NCBI GenBank assembly: GCA_031365465.1
Contig: JANLYD010000003.1
Span: 1-63,532 of the forward strand
DNA: 63,532 nt
DNA from: Hyphomicrobiaceae bacterium
GTDB taxonomy: Bacteria; Pseudomonadota; Alphaproteobacteria; Rhizobiales; Hyphomicrobiaceae
Direction of reading: 5' to 3'
Shown here: one piece after another, positions 48,002 to 55,635 of the stretch
Numbering within the stretch: the first letter of the stretch is position 1
How the letters are laid out: every line of letters starts with the position of its first letter
The notes under the pieces: model-generated
Told to the model about the DNA's origin: nothing
The model's database searches: none
The model's input: the letters and a program-made list of their open reading frames with translations, nothing else
Translations under genes and position numbers: made by a program

Positions 48002-48969
48002 CGAACGAAGTCGCTGGTGGTTGCGGATGACAAGTCGGGCATCGTTTTAATAAGCTTGGCTTCGCGCCAAATTTTCAATGCTAGCGCCAGCGTGCTTGCC
48101 GCTTGGCCCTGTGGAGCCAGGTATTGCCGATTGGCGTCGGCGCCAAGAAAACGGACCCCGCCAACCATGTCGCCTACCGCTTCGGGGCTCAGAGAGAAGT
48201 ATTTGCCGACGATGGCATTCGCCTCGGCCGGGCTGGCTTGCCAGAATTCGATTGCTTTGGTTAGCCCGTTGACGAGGCTGCGAACGTCCTCCGGACGGCG
48301 CTTCATTACAGCGGGATGGGCGATAAGGGCATCGACCATTATACTCGGATGATCCTTGCTCGAAACCAGCAGCCTGCCCTTGCCCTGCTCCTTTGCGCGC
48401 GACAACCAGGGCTCCCACGTCACTGCGGCATCAAGTTTACCGCTGACGAAAGCGGCGCCAGCTTTGTCCGCGTCGAGATTAATGTGCGTGTATTGCGAGG
48501 GCGCAATATTGGCCGTCGACATCAAATAGAGGAGAAAGAAATGATTGGGGTTTCCGGTTTGCGCGGCGACCGTCTTGCCGCGCAAGTCGGCGAGACTCTT
48601 GATCCCGTCACGCGCAATTATCCCGTCGGCGCCAGCAGATTCGTCAAACAGATACACGACCTTGCCCGGCACGTTCCGAGAAGCGGCGATCGCGAATGTG
48701 TCAAGCGTGGTGCAATAGCCGTCGAGGTCACCGCGTAACATCGCGCTGTTGAAAACGTTCGAATCGTCACTACGCCGGAGTTCGACGTCGAGGCCGGAGA
48801 AGAAACCCTTGTCCCGACCAATGTAGAGGGCGCCATAACCGATCCATGTCGGCACCCCGATACGAAACTTTCGCGGCGTCTGCGCGACCGCGCTCAGAGG
48901 CCGCGCTGCCACCGACATAGCGGCGGCCACTAAACTCGCGCCGCGCACCCACTCCCGACGTGTTATCAT
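47998..48969 (-). CDS. periplasmic substrate-binding protein (NMT1/SsuA-like) with Tat-type leader
   Basis: The leader MITRREWVRGASLVAAAMSVAARPLSA carries a twin-Arg. The overall pattern is that of nitrate/sulfonate/bicarbonate-family binding proteins. Confidence 0.75.
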   Translation of the reverse strand: MITRREWVRGASLVAAAMSVAARPLSAVAQTPRKFRIGVPTWIGYGALYIGRDKGFFSGLDVELRRSDDSNVFNSAMLRGDLDGYCTTLDTFAIAASRNVPGKVVYLFDESAGADGIIARDGIKSLADLRGKTVAAQTGNPNHFFLLYLMSTANIAPSQYTHINLDADKAGAAFVSGKLDAAVTWEPWLSRAKEQGKGRLLVSSKDHPSIMVDALIAHPAVMKRRPEDVRSLVNGLTKAIEFWQASPAEANAIVGKYFSLSPEAVGDMVGGVRFLGADANRQYLAPQGQAASTLALALKIWREAKLIKTMPDLSSATTSDFVR

Positions 48970-49288
48970 TGCAATCGCACTCTCAAAATTGTGACTCCGT
49001 CATTCACCATAGCCCCCGACCGGGCTGCCGTCTCGCAAAAGGTTGTCTGCGGAGCAATGCATTTTTCACCGTGTCATATTTTCCGGAAAGGAAGCCGGGC
49101 CCAGGATCGCGCCCACGCCTTCTTGCCGGAGGTCGCGATGAGTATCAGTGTGTTGTCGGACGTTTCGGCGGCCGCGATACCTGGAGACAGACGCTCGTTG
49201 CGGCGGGGGCCATCTCGACGTGACCTCGCAATTCCGTCACGATGCTGATTACAATTATTCAGTCCACACATTAGTGACGGAACTTAAA

Positions 49289-50533
49289 ATGACTGCTCGC
49301 CTTGCGGCCGCTGGGCCGAAACGCATTCTGGCGCTTGATGGCGGTGGCACGCGCGGTATCGTTACCCTCGCGCTTCTCGCTGAAATCGAAGAGACGTTGC
49401 GTGCAAAGTTCCAAAACCGAAACCTTGTGCTTGCTGACTATTTCGACCTGATCGGTGGCACGTCAGTTGGCGCGATGATCGCCACATTATTGGCACTCGG
49501 CAGAGACGTTGCCTACGTGCGACAGCGCTTCGAAGAGTGGGCGCCACGCATTTTTTCGAAACGCCGCCTCAATTTCGGGATCATCACGTCGCTTTACGAC
49601 GCTCGCATTTTGCGCGGCCTCGTGCAGCAGGAAGTGTTCGATTGGACGATGCGATCGCCTAACCTCAAAACCGGGTTATGTATCGTCACGAAGCGCATCG
49701 ACACAGGCAGCGTATGGCCAGTCATCAACAATCCACATGATCGTTACTTCGAGGGGCGTGCCGCCGTTGGCGACACCCCGGAACGCATCGGAAATGGCGA
49801 TTATCTGCTGCTTGACCTGATACGCGCCTCGACCGCCGCGCCACGCTACTTCTCGCCTGAATCCATCCGTATCTTCAAAGGTGTCTCAACTTTTGTTGAC
49901 CGCGAACGGGGACTGTTCGTCGACGGCGCGATCTCGCCGCACAACAATCCTGCGCTGCAGCTCTTTCTCATGGCTGGGATTAGTGGTTACAATCTTGGTG
50001 GTGCAGATTTGACCAAGGGCGAGAAGGCTCTGCCTTGGTCGCTGGGCGCGGATCAGCTGATGATCGTTTCGGTCGGCACAGGCTCGTATGAATTTCAAGT
50101 CGGGGAAAGTGGGTCTGCGGCTTACGACGCCGTGCAGGCACTGCAGGGCATGGTTTCGGACGGCCAGGAACTTGCGTTGACGCTCTTGCAATGGATGAGC
50201 ACGCCGACCGCATCAGCGCCGACGTCACATTGGCCCATCGATCGTGTCATCGAGAATTTGTCGGGCGATCAGTTGGGTCATTCGTCCGCACCAAAATTGC
50301 CGTTGCTGACGTTTCACCGATACGATGTTCGACTCGAGCGAGAGTGGTTGCTGAAAATGCTGGGTCAAAACGTACCAGCCGACCTGCTGGACGAGATGCG
50401 CGACTTCACAAATGCGAAGCATTTGAAGGCGCTTGCAAACCTGGGGCGATTGGCCGGCAAGCAACAGGTTCATGCTCACCACTTCCCGGATGTGTTCGGG
50501 ACCGCGCCCCAGGTGGCGGAGGCTGCTGAATGA
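49289..50533 (+). CDS. patatin-like phospholipase
   Basis: Oxyanion motif GGGTRG (49340-49357), nucleophile GTSVG (49457-49471) and catalytic Asp motif VDGAI. Start at MTARLAAAGPKRILALDGGG (ATG 49289). Confidence 0.85.
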   Translation: MTARLAAAGPKRILALDGGGTRGIVTLALLAEIEETLRAKFQNRNLVLADYFDLIGGTSVGAMIATLLALGRDVAYVRQRFEEWAPRIFSKRRLNFGIITSLYDARILRGLVQQEVFDWTMRSPNLKTGLCIVTKRIDTGSVWPVINNPHDRYFEGRAAVGDTPERIGNGDYLLLDLIRASTAAPRYFSPESIRIFKGVSTFVDRERGLFVDGAISPHNNPALQLFLMAGISGYNLGGADLTKGEKALPWSLGADQLMIVSVGTGSYEFQVGESGSAAYDAVQALQGMVSDGQELALTLLQWMSTPTASAPTSHWPIDRVIENLSGDQLGHSSAPKLPLLTFHRYDVRLEREWLLKMLGQNVPADLLDEMRDFTNAKHLKALANLGRLAGKQQVHAHHFPDVFGTAPQVAEAAE

Positions 50534-51168
50534 AAATAGGCGTTACCGGACATCGGCCAAAGCGGATTGATATCGGTCTGGATCGCATCGAGGCGCGCGT
50601 AACGGAGGCGCTGCACTTATTGCTCGGCGCGTCTCACGTCGCGGAGGCCGGTGCTAAACCGATAGAGGCAATTTCTGCGCTGGCAGAAGGGGCGGATCGT
50701 GTGTTTGCCAAAGCCGCGCTAGCAGTCGGATGCGAGTTGCATGCTGTGTTGCCGTTCGCATCGCCGGAATACGAAACGACTTTCTCGGATGCATCCGAGC
50801 TGCCTGCTTATTTTGCGCTGTTGGCGCAGGCCAAGACTGTAACGGAGTTGGCGGGCACACTGGCGGATGCAGATGTTGCATACGAGGTGGCTGGCCGACT
50901 TATCGCGGATCAATCGGATGTTCTGTTTTGCGTTTGGGACGGACAGCCGGCGGCCGGACGCGGAGGCACGCCAGAGATCATTCAATATGCGCTCAGTAAC
51001 GGCAGATCCGTCGTCTGGATCGATGCATCGCGTGACAGATCGCCCTTGCTGCTGGAGGCATCAATCACGGATGCGTTCACGCTGGTCGACATCGACGCTG
51101 TTGCGCACAGTGCCGCCACGCTAACGCAACATCTGCTCGAGAGGGTCTTTGGCCAGGCGCGCACGTAG
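50530..51168 (+). CDS. stand-alone SLOG/DprA-LOG-like Rossmann protein (hypothetical)
   Basis: ATGA overlap with the patatin stop. N-terminal strand KIGVTGHRP, then ALAEGADRVFAKAAL and VWDGQPAAGRGGTPEII. This resembles the GxxGxD...A and DG...GGT motifs of SLOG-superfamily proteins. Assignment is from motif reading only. Confidence 0.5.
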   Translation: MKIGVTGHRPKRIDIGLDRIEARVTEALHLLLGASHVAEAGAKPIEAISALAEGADRVFAKAALAVGCELHAVLPFASPEYETTFSDASELPAYFALLAQAKTVTELAGTLADADVAYEVAGRLIADQSDVLFCVWDGQPAAGRGGTPEIIQYALSNGRSVVWIDASRDRSPLLLEASITDAFTLVDIDAVAHSAATLTQHLLERVFGQART

Positions 51169-51318
51169 CTGTTTAGCGCTTCACGGCGTCGTGCGGACGT
51201 CGGCAGCGCCGCACAGCCCTGCCATCCCATTAATCGTATTCAAATTAAGCGTTCATGGTCTATTGCGGACGCAATTTGGCACTCCAGCGCAATGCGAACC
51301 GCAGCGAACGGGGTAAGC

Positions 51319-51347
51319 GGCGGTAGGGGGTGGGATTCGAACCCCAC
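51319..51347 (-). pseudogene. degenerate duplicate of the tRNA-Ser 3-prime end (T-arm plus acceptor strand)
   Basis: The + strand reads GGCGGTAGGGGGTGGGATTCGAACCCCAC, against GGCGGAGGGGGTGGGATTCGAACCCAC at 51420-51446. It is identical except for two 1-nt insertions, has the same orientation and is offset by 100 bp. Confidence 0.7.
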
Positions 51348-51418
51348 ATTTTTTGGCGCGCCTCCGCGCGGAAACCGTGGGTTCGCATTCCCACCAACTG
51401 ATTGTTAGTACACATATT

Positions 51419-51508
51419 TGGCGGAGGGGGTGGGATTCGAACCCACGGTGGCCTTTCAACCACGCTAGTTTTCAAGACTAGAGCCATAAACCACTCGGCC
51501 ACCCCTCC
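51419..51508 (-). tRNA. tRNA-Ser (anticodon UGA)
   Basis: 90-nt cloverleaf: acceptor GGAGGGG/CCCCTCC, 3-bp D stem, anticodon stem CTAGT/ACTAG with loop CTTGAAA, long variable arm (GTGG...CCAC), T arm GTGGG-TTCGAAT-CCCAC, discriminator G and encoded CCA. Confidence 0.95.
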
Positions 51509-51683
51509 GGGCGTGGCGTCAGTCGACGCGCCGCTGTGGGACGACCGGGTAGCCGAGCCGCTGCGCCGTGTCAAACCGTTGCTGGGAAAGCCCTTTGCGA
51601 GCGACGCCAGGCCGGGCGGCAGGTTCTGGGACAGGCAGTGGTGAGCCGCCTGTCCCGTGCGCATGGCGGAACGTCAGTTTTCA

Positions 51684-54410
51684 TCACGCGTTGAGCGCGG
51701 TGAAGCCGGCGGGTAGTGCGCCTGCGATCGTGGCCGGCAGGGTGATGACCTGACCTTGCGTGGTGCCTTGATAGACGGTCACCGCAGGCCACCAACTGCC
51801 GGCCGTGTCGATGGTGAAGTCTGGCCCGGTACCGGCGGCCGGGCTGCCACCGCTTCGGCCCCAGGTGGTGCCGCCGTTGAACGAGTACCAGACCTTGCCT
51901 GCGGGTACGTCGATTGCAAGCATCACGCGCTGGCCGTCGACGAGCGGACGCGGCCAGGCGTTGCCGCCCTGTACGATGTGGCCGTTGGTGCCGTCGGCAG
52001 TCATCTGATTGTAAGCGGACGCCAAAACGTAACCGGTGACGGCGCTGTTGCAATCGGCCGTCGCAGCGGTTGCCGTGCGTACGAGGCCGACCCATTGATA
52101 GGCGCCGCCAGCCCCAGCCAGACCATTGAACAGGAGCTCGGCGACAACCTTGCCGGTAATGGACGCCGAGCCCATTCGGATGCGGTTCGAGTTGTTACCG
52201 GTGGTGGGCGTGAGGATGTGCTTGGTCGCGTCGAGCGTACCCTGGCCGGCGGTCTCGACGGCACTCCAGGCGAAGCTGGCGGCGGTTCCGATGGTGTAGG
52301 CGGCGGAAGCGACGGCGCTGGTGGTGTAACCGCTGGCGACGGCGATGGCTTTCAGCGTCGCGGTGGCGGCGATGGAAATTGTCGCTGCGTAAACGGGGCT
52401 GGATGTCGTCGGCGTGCTGCCGTCGAGCGTGTAGTAGATGACGGCGGACGGCGTGGTCGACGACAGAGTGATCGATTGCGCCGTGGAGAAGGTGCCGGCG
52501 GCAGGTGAGAATGTCGGCGCCGCCGCTTGCGTGGTGATGGTGTAGGCGGCGGAAGCGACGGCGCTGGTGGTGGAACCTGCTTTGAACGCCACGGCCTTGA
52601 CGGTGAGTGAGGTGGCGACGGTGAGCGGTGCGGAGTAGACGGTGCTGGCGCTAGTGGGGGTCGAACCGTCGATCGTGTAGGCGATGGTGGCGCCTGCGGT
52701 CGCAACTGTGATGGCCACGGACTGTGCACCTGCGTAACTGCCGGCTGATGGCGCGAAGGTTGGCGTCGCGACAACGCTGGCGATCGTGTATGTGGCCGCC
52801 GCGACCGGGCTGTTGGCCAAGCCGGCCTTGACGGCGATGGCATTGAGCGTTGTCGTGGACGCAACCGGGATGGCCGCGCCGTAGACCGTCGACGAAGTCG
52901 TCGGGACCGTGCCGTTGGTCGTGTAGTAGATTGTGGCACCGGCCGTTGCCGACGTGAGCGTGACGGACTGGGCGGTTTCGTAGGTTCCGGGCGCCGGACC
53001 GAATACGGGGACTGCGGCCGAGGCGACAGCGTTGACAGCCTGAGCGTTGTAGATCGGGGCTGCGATCAACATCTCGCGGGCGTGGCCGTAGGCGCTTTGA
53101 TGCACATAGTCATGGAAAAACAGGGACGGTGGTCCTTCGGTGCCGGCCACCGGGTTCATGCTGGCGGGGTTGCCCATGATCGGATCGGCGGCGAAATCGG
53201 CGATACCGTTGGCGTGACCCGACGCCACCAACGAGCGCAGGAACGCATTGGCCGTTACGCGGCTGGTGGCGTCGGCAACCGTTTTCTCGGTGTTGTAGGG
53301 CGTGATGGTGCAGACGACGATGCGTTGCCAACCAGCGGCGCGGCGGGCCGTGAGATAGGCTTTGAGCTGGACCTGCCAATCCGGCAACGCACTCTGGCCG
53401 CCGGGGTAGGAGAGGCCGGGCGAGGCGGGATATGCACCATCGTTGCGGCCGATGTAAACGGACAGACACGTATTGGCATAGCCGGGATGAGCCGCGAGTT
53501 GTGCGTCGAGGGCCGAGGCACGGGTTTGCAGGTCGGTCAACTTGCTGCCGCCTTGGGATACGTTCACATACCCGATGGCGCCCGACGTGTTGCTGGCCGC
53601 GTAGAGGTCGGCGTAAGCGATGCCGCTGGTCGAGGCCCAGGCACCCGGAACGGCCGATTGTCCCGACGTCAGGCTATCGCCTTCGGCCGCGAGAAACATG
53701 CTGTTTGCGATGGTGCATTTGAGCGTCGGATCGAGCCCTTCGGCCCAGAACTGATAGCGTGTGCCGGAGGGGAAGCTGACGCTGCCGCTGGCGGGGTCGA
53801 TGAGCATGGCGTCTTTCCAGGCCGTGCCGTTGCTGGAGACCTTGACGTGCAGGCTGTCGTCGCCAGTCAGACCGATTTCGGCGCGGCCGGAATAGGCGTC
53901 CTGAAAAAGCAGGCTGACGGTGTCGCTGGCCGCGGCCTTGTTGAGCTTGAGCTGATGCCCATTGCCGACGTTGTCGAACAGGCTTGCCGGGCTTTTGACG
54001 GCCAGGCGATTCGTGGCGTCGGCGGTGGCGTTGACGCCGACCAGGGCCACGGGATTGGTGCTCGAGAGGCCGCCGGTGGTCAGTGTCCAAGCGGTGCCGT
54101 CGAAGACGACCAGCTTGGCTTCGTCGACGACATAGACCAGCCAACCGGCACGCGGCACGAAGAACGCCCAAGCGCCGTCCTGAAACGCCGCCACGGAAAG
54201 CCCATGGCCGCTCCAGGCCCCGCTGGCAGATGCGGCAACGATGTAGCGCGCACCCTCGGCCGGGGCGCTGGGCGGGGTGGCTGCAACTCGACTGATCGCG
54301 GAGAGCTGCACGAGCGCATCGAGCGCACGGATGGCTTCGTTGTGGGTGACGTGTTTTTGGGATTGGGCCGCAGCCAGATAAGGCAGGCCCAGGTTCGGTG
54401 TCGTGTCCAT
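51684..54410 (-). CDS. 908-aa multidomain surface or tail-fibre-like protein (DUF2793-like N-terminus, GDSL/SGNH-like region, three Ig-like repeats, C-terminal lectin-like domain)
   Basis: N-terminus MDTTPNLGLPYLAAAQSQKHVTHNEAIRALD, a GDSLTSG motif at about 53.68 kb, and three repeats of about 80 aa of the ATIYYTxxGSTPTxSSxVY type. ATG at 54410. Confidence 0.65.
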   Translation of the reverse strand: MDTTPNLGLPYLAAAQSQKHVTHNEAIRALDALVQLSAISRVAATPPSAPAEGARYIVAASASGAWSGHGLSVAAFQDGAWAFFVPRAGWLVYVVDEAKLVVFDGTAWTLTTGGLSSTNPVALVGVNATADATNRLAVKSPASLFDNVGNGHQLKLNKAAASDTVSLLFQDAYSGRAEIGLTGDDSLHVKVSSNGTAWKDAMLIDPASGSVSFPSGTRYQFWAEGLDPTLKCTIANSMFLAAEGDSLTSGQSAVPGAWASTSGIAYADLYAASNTSGAIGYVNVSQGGSKLTDLQTRASALDAQLAAHPGYANTCLSVYIGRNDGAYPASPGLSYPGGQSALPDWQVQLKAYLTARRAAGWQRIVVCTITPYNTEKTVADATSRVTANAFLRSLVASGHANGIADFAADPIMGNPASMNPVAGTEGPPSLFFHDYVHQSAYGHAREMLIAAPIYNAQAVNAVASAAVPVFGPAPGTYETAQSVTLTSATAGATIYYTTNGTVPTTSSTVYGAAIPVASTTTLNAIAVKAGLANSPVAAATYTIASVVATPTFAPSAGSYAGAQSVAITVATAGATIAYTIDGSTPTSASTVYSAPLTVATSLTVKAVAFKAGSTTSAVASAAYTITTQAAAPTFSPAAGTFSTAQSITLSSTTPSAVIYYTLDGSTPTTSSPVYAATISIAATATLKAIAVASGYTTSAVASAAYTIGTAASFAWSAVETAGQGTLDATKHILTPTTGNNSNRIRMGSASITGKVVAELLFNGLAGAGGAYQWVGLVRTATAATADCNSAVTGYVLASAYNQMTADGTNGHIVQGGNAWPRPLVDGQRVMLAIDVPAGKVWYSFNGGTTWGRSGGSPAAGTGPDFTIDTAGSWWPAVTVYQGTTQGQVITLPATIAGALPAGFTALNA
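52290..53010 (-). repeat. three tandem in-frame domain repeats (about 240 nt each) inside the 908-aa gene
   Basis: Peptide repeats PxFxPxxGxYxxAQSVxLxxxTxGATIxYTxxGxxPTxxSxVYxxxxxVxxxxTLxAxAxxxGxxxSxVAxAxYTI occur three times. They also generate the Pro-rich shadow ORFs listed in the track. Confidence 0.8.
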
Positions 54411-54786
54411 TTGGTGTGCGGTTCCGGTTCTGCAGATCCAATCACACCCTCCAAGAGCAACCTAGAGAAGACGTGCTGTTTTTTCAATCACAATCAAAAA
54501 TTGAAGTTAATGCCAATGGCCCTGCGAACTTTTGGTGGCGTGGCCAAAACCACACATACGTAAACTGATCATGACACAACTGTCGTCGTTGGCGCTTGGT
54601 GTGGCCGCAGGTGCGTTGCTACGCTGGGCTTCCTGTGGCACATGCGAACACTGAAAAACGAGCCCGCGCCGCCGTCGTTAAATATTCTTTGACCATAACG
54701 GCCGAGAACTTAATCGTGGGCCGAAGTGGCCGAATCCGGCGTCCAGGCCTGAACCCTGCGCCGTACAACAAACTGGAGCCAGAGTG

Positions 54787-55491
54787 ATGATCCGTCACGT
54801 GTCGAGCCTTCGTGTCGTCGGTGGTGTCCTGTTGGGTTTGGCCGCAGGCATCTGTGCGACCTCGGCTGCGCAGGCCCAGTCGCTGTTCTTCGATTGGGGC
54901 GGCGACGAGAGTGTGGGAGGCACAGGCAAGCAGTCAGTGCGATTCCCATCGACGTTCCGGCCCGGCGAGTTGATCGTCAGTTTCGGGGACCGCAAGATTT
55001 ATCACGTGACGGGCGCGGGCACGGCAAATAGCTATCCGATCGCCATCCCGCGTGAAGACGCGCGCTGGCAGGGCGTCACCAGCGTCAGCCAGAAGCGCGA
55101 AAATCCGTCATGGACGCCGACCCCGACCATGCGCGCCAAGAACCCTCGCTTGCCGATGTGGGTGCCGGGTGGCCATCCGATGAACCCGCTGGGCAACCGT
55201 GCTTTGTACCTGGGATCCAGCATGTACCGCATTCACGGCACGGACGCGCCGTGGACCATAGGCACGTCGGCCTCGTCGGGCTGTGTGCGGATGTATAACC
55301 AGGACGTTCTCGACCTTTATGGCAAAGTCGGCGTCGGCACCAAGGTGACTGTGACCTGGTCGAAATTCGGCGGTGGCGGCGCGGCAGTCGCCAGCGCGGC
55401 TGACGAAACGACATCCGCCAAGCCGAAAAAGTATCTCCGCCCGGTTCAGGCGCGCCGTTCGACGGCATCTGTCGCTGGCGCTGGGGAGTAA
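54787..55491 (+). CDS. L,D-transpeptidase (YkuD domain)
   Basis: Signal peptide, then the catalytic motif IHGTDAPWTIGTSASSGCVRM (His ... Cys). Confidence 0.85.
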   Translation: MIRHVSSLRVVGGVLLGLAAGICATSAAQAQSLFFDWGGDESVGGTGKQSVRFPSTFRPGELIVSFGDRKIYHVTGAGTANSYPIAIPREDARWQGVTSVSQKRENPSWTPTPTMRAKNPRLPMWVPGGHPMNPLGNRALYLGSSMYRIHGTDAPWTIGTSASSGCVRMYNQDVLDLYGKVGVGTKVTVTWSKFGGGGAAVASAADETTSAKPKKYLRPVQARRSTASVAGAGE

Positions 55492-55548
55492 GGGGCATTT
55501 TTGGGCTTCACGCGCTGGTCGCGCTCCGGCCGGGGCGGGCACTCAAGT

Positions 55549-55578
55549 GGCGCTTCAGATGCCCACCTGCCTCCGCGC
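55549..55578. repeat. solitary inverted copy of the 38-bp repeat family seen at 4129-4273
   Basis: GGCGCTTCAGATGCCCACCTGCCTCCGCGC matches the reverse complement of the 4161 unit, GGCGCTTCGGATGCCCACAAGCATCCGCGC, at 26 of 30 positions by eye. Confidence 0.6.
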
Positions 55579-55635
55579 AGCGCCCGACGGCGGTCGCCTA
55601 CGTGCCGCCAAGCGGCAGGTGGGATAGAACCTTCC

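Larger units (their letters stand above)
35700..51350. other. putative horizontally acquired accessory segment (defence-island-like) abutting the tRNA-Ser 3-prime end
   Basis: Hand G+C counts on 60-nt lines inside the segment: 36 (38101), 28 (41281), 31 (42721), 28 (43621), 35 (44221), 29 (44401), 25 (44581), 32 (49621). Core lines: 46 (1381), 41 (9601), 35 (19021), 45 (20581), 36 (30001). The tRNA-Ser 3-prime end faces the segment. No integrase or transposase was recognised, and the boundaries are approximate. Confidence 0.45.

Noticed and set aside
51345-51372. GC hairpin GGCGCGCC-TCC-GCGCG with adjacent T6 as an intrinsic terminator
   Set aside because: The T-run precedes the stem on the + strand and appears as an A-run after it on the minus strand. 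Neither orientation gives the stem-then-U-tract arrangement.
35500-51600. Search for integrase, recombinase, transposase or phage genes that would make the low-GC segment a bona fide mobile element
   Set aside because: None of the ORFs in this interval shows tyrosine or serine recombinase or DDE motifs that I can recognise. The segment is therefore reported only as a putative acquired region, not as a mobile element.
51260-51664. 134-aa minus-strand ORF and the 51402..51644 + ORF
   Set aside because: They run straight through the tRNA-Ser gene and its debris, and they have no coding-like features.
52352-52939. 195-aa Pro/Ser/Arg-rich ORF, and 51756..52508 on the + strand
   Set aside because: These are alternative-frame readings of the three tandem domain repeats of the 908-aa gene. 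The periodic low complexity mirrors the repeat.
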